Below the pieces are notes generated by a model. The model saw nothing but the letters and a program-made list of their open reading frames with translations. It did not search any database and had not been told where the DNA came from. Shown one piece after another: positions 34,460-38,406 of a stretch of DNA of 38,406 nt. Each line of letters begins with the position of its first letter. The stretch's first letter is position 1. A program made the translations under genes and the position numbers. The DNA is from Paludibacteraceae bacterium (GTDB taxonomy: Bacteria; Bacteroidota; Bacteroidia; Bacteroidales; Paludibacteraceae): contig JAGACJ010000143.1 in assembly GCA_017614195.1 (NCBI GenBank), positions 1 to 38,406 of the forward strand, read 5' to 3'.

Positions 34460-36736
34460 ATGAAACGGGTACTACCTATTCTGATGTGCATTTGCATGAT
34501 TTTCAGTTCATGCAGTGTTACGAAATACGTACCCGACAACGAGTACCTACTCAACAAAGTCAAGATTTCGGCCGACAACAAAAAGGTCAACGAAACCGAC
34601 ATGACGACTTACTTGAGGCAGACCCCCAACCCAAAATTGTTCGACTTTATCAACTTTAACCTGGCACTGTACAGTTTGTCGGGGCGCGACACCTCGTTGT
34701 GGATTAACCGTTTTCTGCGAAAAATCGGTGATGAGCCTGTGATTTACGATTCGATATTGACCAAAGTGTCGGCAAACGAATTGCGTAAGCAACTCAACAA
34801 CAAAGGATACTACAACGCCTCGGTGACTACGGATGTCAAACTGAGGAAAAAGAAAGCCTCTGTGCATTACGACCTACATTGCGGAGAGCCCTATCGCATT
34901 CGCAAAATCGACTATCTGATCCGTAACAAAGAAATCAAAAGTCTGATTTTGTCGGACAGCGCCAACTTCACCATTCACGAAGGGGATATTTTCGATATCG
35001 ACAAATTGGAGAGCGAACGCGAGCGAATCGCCTCCCACCTGCGTAACAATGGTTATTTTTACTTTGACAAGGAATACATCGGTGTGGTTGCCGACAGTTC
35101 GTTGGGTACCCATCAAGTGGATTTCGGTTTGACGGTCAGACCTATGCGCCGCGTAGTGTCCAAAAACACCTTCGAATCGGTTCCTCATGAAACTTACCGC
35201 GTGCGCGATATCAGATATTATAGTGTAAACCGCACGGTTGACCTGTTGGTCGACAGCATTGTCAACTCATTGGAATCCACCAGTTACAAAGACTACAAGA
35301 TTTATTCGAGCGTGAATTTCGTTCGGCCATCAGTATTGTACAAAAACACATTCATCGAAAAAGACTCGCTTTACAACGAATCGACTGTTGCCCAAACATA
35401 CGCCAAACTTACGTCGCTCAAAATATTCAAATATCAGAATATCAGCTTTACGCCCGTTCCCGACAGTCTGACAAACGACAGCGTACACTGGCTCGACTGC
35501 AACATTGTTATCACGCCTACGAAAGCCCAGTCATTCAGTGTCGAAGTCGAAGGCACGAACAATGAAGGCGACTTTGGTATCGCAGGCAAGCTGTCATACA
35601 TTCACGGTAACATTTTTCATGGTGGCGAAATATTCAAGTTCGGCATTCGCGGAGCCAACGAATCAATTCTGATGTCGCGGTCGATATGGGATATCTCGAC
35701 GCAGGCCAGTCTGAATTTTCCCAACCTTTGGTTTCCGAATTTCAAGAAAAACTATAAGCGCACCAACCCCGCCAACACCGAGTTGTATGTCAACTTCAGC
35801 TACCAGATCCGACAGGAATACATCCGAACCATTGCCGGTGCCGGTATGAGATACCGCTGGCAGAGCGAGAATAAAATCAACCACCAGGTGGATCTGCTGG
35901 ACTTCAACTATGTCTACCTGCCCTATATTCAAGAATCTTTCGCCGACACGATTAAGAATTCGCTACTCAAATACAGTTACGAAGACCACATGATCTTAAG
36001 AACCGGCTATGGAATTTCGTACACCAACCAACACTTGCGCAACACACACTCAACCTATACGTTGCGCGGCAATTTCGAAATCGGTGGCAACTTACTGTAC
36101 GGCATCTGCGTGGCGGCAAATGCTCCCAAGGACGAACTTGGCTCGTATGTTCTCGGAAACATCCCATTTTCGCAATACGCCAAGGTCAATGGTGACTTCA
36201 CTTACAACCAATATGTCGACGAAAAAAACTCGATGGTCTACCACTTGGCGTTAGGCGTTGGTGTTCCCTACCTCAACTCCAAGCTGCTTCCGTTCGAGAA
36301 GCGCTACTACGGTGGCGGTGCCAACCACGTCCGCGGCTGGTCGGCTCGTACGTTAGGACCGGGTGGATACGACCCCGGATCAAAAACCGACTACATGAAG
36401 CAGTCGGGCGACATCAATCTCTGCATGAACCTTGAGTACCGCACTCACTTGGTATGGAAACTCGAATTAGCCGCTTTTATTGACGCTGGCAACATCTGGA
36501 CGCTCGCCGACGAGGGGCAGGGAAACGGCCAGTTCAAATGGGACACCTTCTACAAACAGATTGCACTGGGCTATGGCATTGGCCTGCGACTTAATTTCGA
36601 TTATTTTGTCGTACGCCTCGACTGGGGCCTGAAAGCTTTTGATCCCAAACAGGAGCCTGCACAGCAATGGCGTTTCACCAACACATGGGGACTTGCCGAC
36701 ATGGCGCTCCATTTTGCCGTCGGCTATCCTTTCTAA
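34460..36736 (+). CDS. BamA/TamA family outer-membrane protein (POTRA repeats plus Omp85 beta-barrel)
   Basis: Lipoprotein-like signal MKRVLPILMCICMIFSSCS, POTRA-like N-terminal modules, and a C-terminal Omp85 barrel (RYYGGGANHVRGWSARTLGPG, FIDAGNIW, terminal aromatic ...AVGYPF). Confidence 0.8.
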   Translation: MKRVLPILMCICMIFSSCSVTKYVPDNEYLLNKVKISADNKKVNETDMTTYLRQTPNPKLFDFINFNLALYSLSGRDTSLWINRFLRKIGDEPVIYDSILTKVSANELRKQLNNKGYYNASVTTDVKLRKKKASVHYDLHCGEPYRIRKIDYLIRNKEIKSLILSDSANFTIHEGDIFDIDKLESERERIASHLRNNGYFYFDKEYIGVVADSSLGTHQVDFGLTVRPMRRVVSKNTFESVPHETYRVRDIRYYSVNRTVDLLVDSIVNSLESTSYKDYKIYSSVNFVRPSVLYKNTFIEKDSLYNESTVAQTYAKLTSLKIFKYQNISFTPVPDSLTNDSVHWLDCNIVITPTKAQSFSVEVEGTNNEGDFGIAGKLSYIHGNIFHGGEIFKFGIRGANESILMSRSIWDISTQASLNFPNLWFPNFKKNYKRTNPANTELYVNFSYQIRQEYIRTIAGAGMRYRWQSENKINHQVDLLDFNYVYLPYIQESFADTIKNSLLKYSYEDHMILRTGYGISYTNQHLRNTHSTYTLRGNFEIGGNLLYGICVAANAPKDELGSYVLGNIPFSQYAKVNGDFTYNQYVDEKNSMVYHLALGVGVPYLNSKLLPFEKRYYGGGANHVRGWSARTLGPGGYDPGSKTDYMKQSGDINLCMNLEYRTHLVWKLELAAFIDAGNIWTLADEGQGNGQFKWDTFYKQIALGYGIGLRLNFDYFVVRLDWGLKAFDPKQEPAQQWRFTNTWGLADMALHFAVGYPF

Positions 36737-36802
36737 TTTGTCTTTTAGGCGGATACCTTCACAAAAAAGTGCTTTCAGTACCATTGTTTCAAAAAATTGC
36801 TG

Positions 36803-36810
36803 TATATTTG
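36803..36810 (+). promoter_or_regulatory. Bacteroidota -7 box (TATATTTG) for tRNA-Arg
   Basis: Matches TAnnTTTG and ends 11 nt before tRNA position 1, consistent with a short 5' leader. Confidence 0.5.
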
Positions 36811-36820
36811 CAGCCGATTC

Positions 36821-36894
<74 letters not shown>

Positions 36895-36897
36895 CGG

Positions 36898-36940
36898 GCG
36901 CCTCTGCATGGCTGATGCAGGGGCGCTTTTGTTTTTTTTT
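36898..36940 (+). terminator. Rho-independent terminator after tRNA-Arg
   Basis: A 12-bp stem, gcgcctctgcat (36898-36909) with atgcaggggcgc (36915-36926), containing one G-U pair. It is followed by ttttgttttttttt. Confidence 0.75.
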
Positions 36941-36983
36941 GCATTTTCAAAAACCTCTGCCATGAATTAGCGGAGGATTTTTG

Positions 36984-36991
36984 TATCTTTG
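36984..36991 (+). promoter_or_regulatory. Bacteroidota -7 box (TATCTTTG) ahead of the WYL-like remnant
   Basis: Matches TAnnTTTG, 19 nt upstream of the ATG at 37010. Confidence 0.4.
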
Positions 36992-37009
36992 AAAAAAAAC
37001 AAAAGAGCC

Positions 37010-37361
37010 ATGGCAACAAACAACCTCGGGACAAGCCTCATCAACAAGTATGTGTGGCTGATTGAAACCATCGACCGCGAAGGGCCAGTCACATTCAACG
37101 AGTTAAACCGAAAGTGGATTGATAAAGGTATCTGCCGCACAGGCCAATTACATACGTGGTCTCAAGATGCACGAATCGCAGCAAGAGGTCGAACGCAATG
37201 ACGAGTACAGTATTTTCACGCTCTGTATCCGACCGGTATTTGATTTTCAACAAGAATTGCTTCGCAACGGAAGCGCCATTGAGGTGCTCGAGCCTCTTTG
37301 GTTGCTCAAGACCATGGCTGCACATATCAGAAGTATGTGGAGTCTCTACAAAGATGTTTAG
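37010..37361 (+). pseudogene. Remnant of a WYL-domain-type regulator (N-terminal wHTH fragment joined out of frame to the C-terminal domain; central part deleted)
   Basis: Frame A reads MATNNLGTSLINKYVWLIETIDREGPVTFNELNRKWID, then nonsense to a stop at 37201. Frame B, from about 37119, reads IKVSAAQANYIRGLKMHESQQEVERNDEYSIFTLCIRPVFDFQQELLRNGSAIEVLEPLWLLKTMAAHIRSMW. These resemble the first ~35 and last ~80 residues of ~300-aa Bacteroides WYL-type proteins as I remember them. The two frames meet at about 37119-37125. Confidence 0.45.
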
Positions 37362-37412
37362 GACACCGATCTTTCGAAATAATTGTTTTACAAACTTACA
37401 ACCTCAAAAATT

Positions 37413-37904
37413 ATGCAGAATTTTGCAGCGATCGATTTTGAAACTGCCAACAACGAACGCTCGTCGGTCTGCTCGGTGGGCATTGTGATTGTACGCGGGG
37501 GCGAGATTACAGATTCGTTCTACTCGCTTATCCACCCTGTACCCGACTACTACAATTACTGGTGTAGCGAAATTCACGGACTGTGCCACGACGACACCGA
37601 CGATGCACCAGGGTTTCCGGCAGTATGGGCGCAAATCGAGCCGCTCATCAATGGATTGCCTCTGGTAGCCCACAACAAACAGTTTGATGAGAGTTGCCTC
37701 AAAGCGGTTTTTAAAACTTATGGTATGGATTACCCCGACTACGAATTCTATGACACGCTATATGCGTCGCGGTGCAAACTGCCCGATTTGGCGAACCACC
37801 AGCTGCATACAGTTGCCGCCGCTTGCGGTTACGAGCTCGAAAACCATCACCACGCGCTCGCCGACGCGGAGGCTTGTGCCTGGATTGCCCGCGAAATCTT
37901 GTAA
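37413..37904 (+). CDS. DEDDh 3'-5' exonuclease (DnaQ/epsilon-like, stand-alone)
   Basis: Exo I AAIDFETAN, Exo II LVAHNKQFDESCL, Exo III HHHALADAEACAWI (H-x4-D). ~163 aa from the ATG at 37413; the track ORF begins at an upstream TTG. Confidence 0.85.
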   Translation: MQNFAAIDFETANNERSSVCSVGIVIVRGGEITDSFYSLIHPVPDYYNYWCSEIHGLCHDDTDDAPGFPAVWAQIEPLINGLPLVAHNKQFDESCLKAVFKTYGMDYPDYEFYDTLYASRCKLPDLANHQLHTVAAACGYELENHHHALADAEACAWIAREIL

Positions 37905-37964
37905 AGCCCTGTTAATTGCCCACCCCGCCCCGCTTTTTTATTTTGCACAGCAAAAAAAAGGTGT

Positions 37965-37972
37965 TATATTTG
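37965..37972 (+). promoter_or_regulatory. Bacteroidota -7 box (TATATTTG) for the ATPase gene
   Basis: Matches TAnnTTTG, 57 nt upstream of the ATG at 38029. Confidence 0.45.
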
Positions 37973-38028
37973 CAGTAGCGAAACCGCCATTTCGGAAATG
38001 GAGATTTCGGAACTCAAACTAATATTGT

Positions 38029-38406
38029 ATGAAATTTTTTGACAGAAATGATGAAATCAAATCTCTAAAGGAGATTTTGTCTCTCTCTAAGGAGCATGCC
38101 CAATTTACGGTAGTCACTGGCCGGCGCCGCATTGGGAAAACATCTCTTGTTTGGCGGGCATACGAAGACGAACCAATATTGTATTTCTTTGTCGCACGCA
38201 AATCAGAAAACGATTTGTGTGCTGACTTTTTGCACGAAATAGAATCAAAGTTGAACATACCGATAGTAGGAAAGGCCGAACGGTTTCCTGAAATCTTTGA
38301 ATATTTGATGAGATACTCCATCAAACAGCCTGTCACATTGTTTATTGATGAATTTCAAGAATTTTTCAAGATCAACAAATCCATCTACAGCGAGATTCAA
38401 CGGATA
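38029..38406 (+). CDS. AAA+/Arch_ATPase-type ATP-binding protein (5' partial, runs off the right edge)
   Basis: Not in the ORF track because no stop lies in the window. Manual translation gives MKFFDRNDEIKSLKEILSLSKEHAQFTVVTGRRRIGKTSLVWRAYEDEPILYFFVARK...QPVTLFIDEFQEFFKINKSIYSEIQRI. It has Walker A GRRRIGKTS and Walker B LFIDEFQ, and resembles the multi-copy ATPase (often with DUF234) family of Bacteroides. Confidence 0.75.
   Translation, partial: MKFFDRNDEIKSLKEILSLSKEHAQFTVVTGRRRIGKTSLVWRAYEDEPILYFFVARKSENDLCADFLHEIESKLNIPIVGKAERFPEIFEYLMRYSIKQPVTLFIDEFQEFFKINKSIYSEIQRI

Noticed and set aside
36895-37010. Integrase gene or att-site repeat next to tRNA-Arg
   Set aside because: No integrase-like ORF is present, and no second copy of the tRNA 3' end occurs in the 1.5 kb remaining in the window. 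A mobile-element boundary can be neither shown nor excluded here.
38019-38336. 105-aa minus-strand ORF at the right edge
   Set aside because: The plus-strand frame from the ATG at 38029 encodes an NTPase with Walker A and B motifs and has a -7 box upstream. The minus ORF is its shadow.

Overview
This 38.4-kb chromosomal segment looks like a Bacteroidota (Bacteroidales-type) genome. Supporting signs are TAnnTTTG -7 promoter boxes ahead of many transcription units, Bacteroidota-typical families (DUF3276/PUR-like, DUF4293, DUF4296, long NusB), and the nusB-yajC-ybbR-coaE and ileS-dksA-lspA neighbourhoods. About 15.1-36.9 kb is ordinary housekeeping: purA, ferredoxin, nusB, yajC, coaE, def, ruvX, galE, nadE, an acyl-CoA synthetase, ileS, lspA, a TrmH methyltransferase, a BamA/TamA-like protein and tRNA-Arg(TCT). 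The standout is a 13.5-kb, 12-gene, tightly coupled minus-strand operon (1600-15111) encoding an aryl-polyene/flexirubin-type type II PKS lipid pathway. It contains an aromatic ammonia-lyase, a PaaK-like aryl-acid ligase, two ACPs, two Cys-His-His ketosynthases, two CLF-like half-KS domains, LpxL-type and PlsC-type acyltransferases, a GT2-DUF2062 protein, a deacetylase, a LolA-like carrier and an MMPL exporter. Three things about it are unusual. Its first gene (the ammonia-lyase) is broken by a 1-nt frameshift in a 5-base homopolymer. No ketoreductase, dehydratase, thioesterase, methyltransferase or darAB is encoded. It follows purA with only a 15-nt spacer. The right end, past tRNA-Arg, looks accessory: an internally deleted WYL-type regulator remnant, a DEDDh exonuclease and a partial AAA ATPase. 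I saw no CRISPR array, IS element, integrase or rRNA. All calls rest on reading the translations and the DNA by eye; no database search was run.
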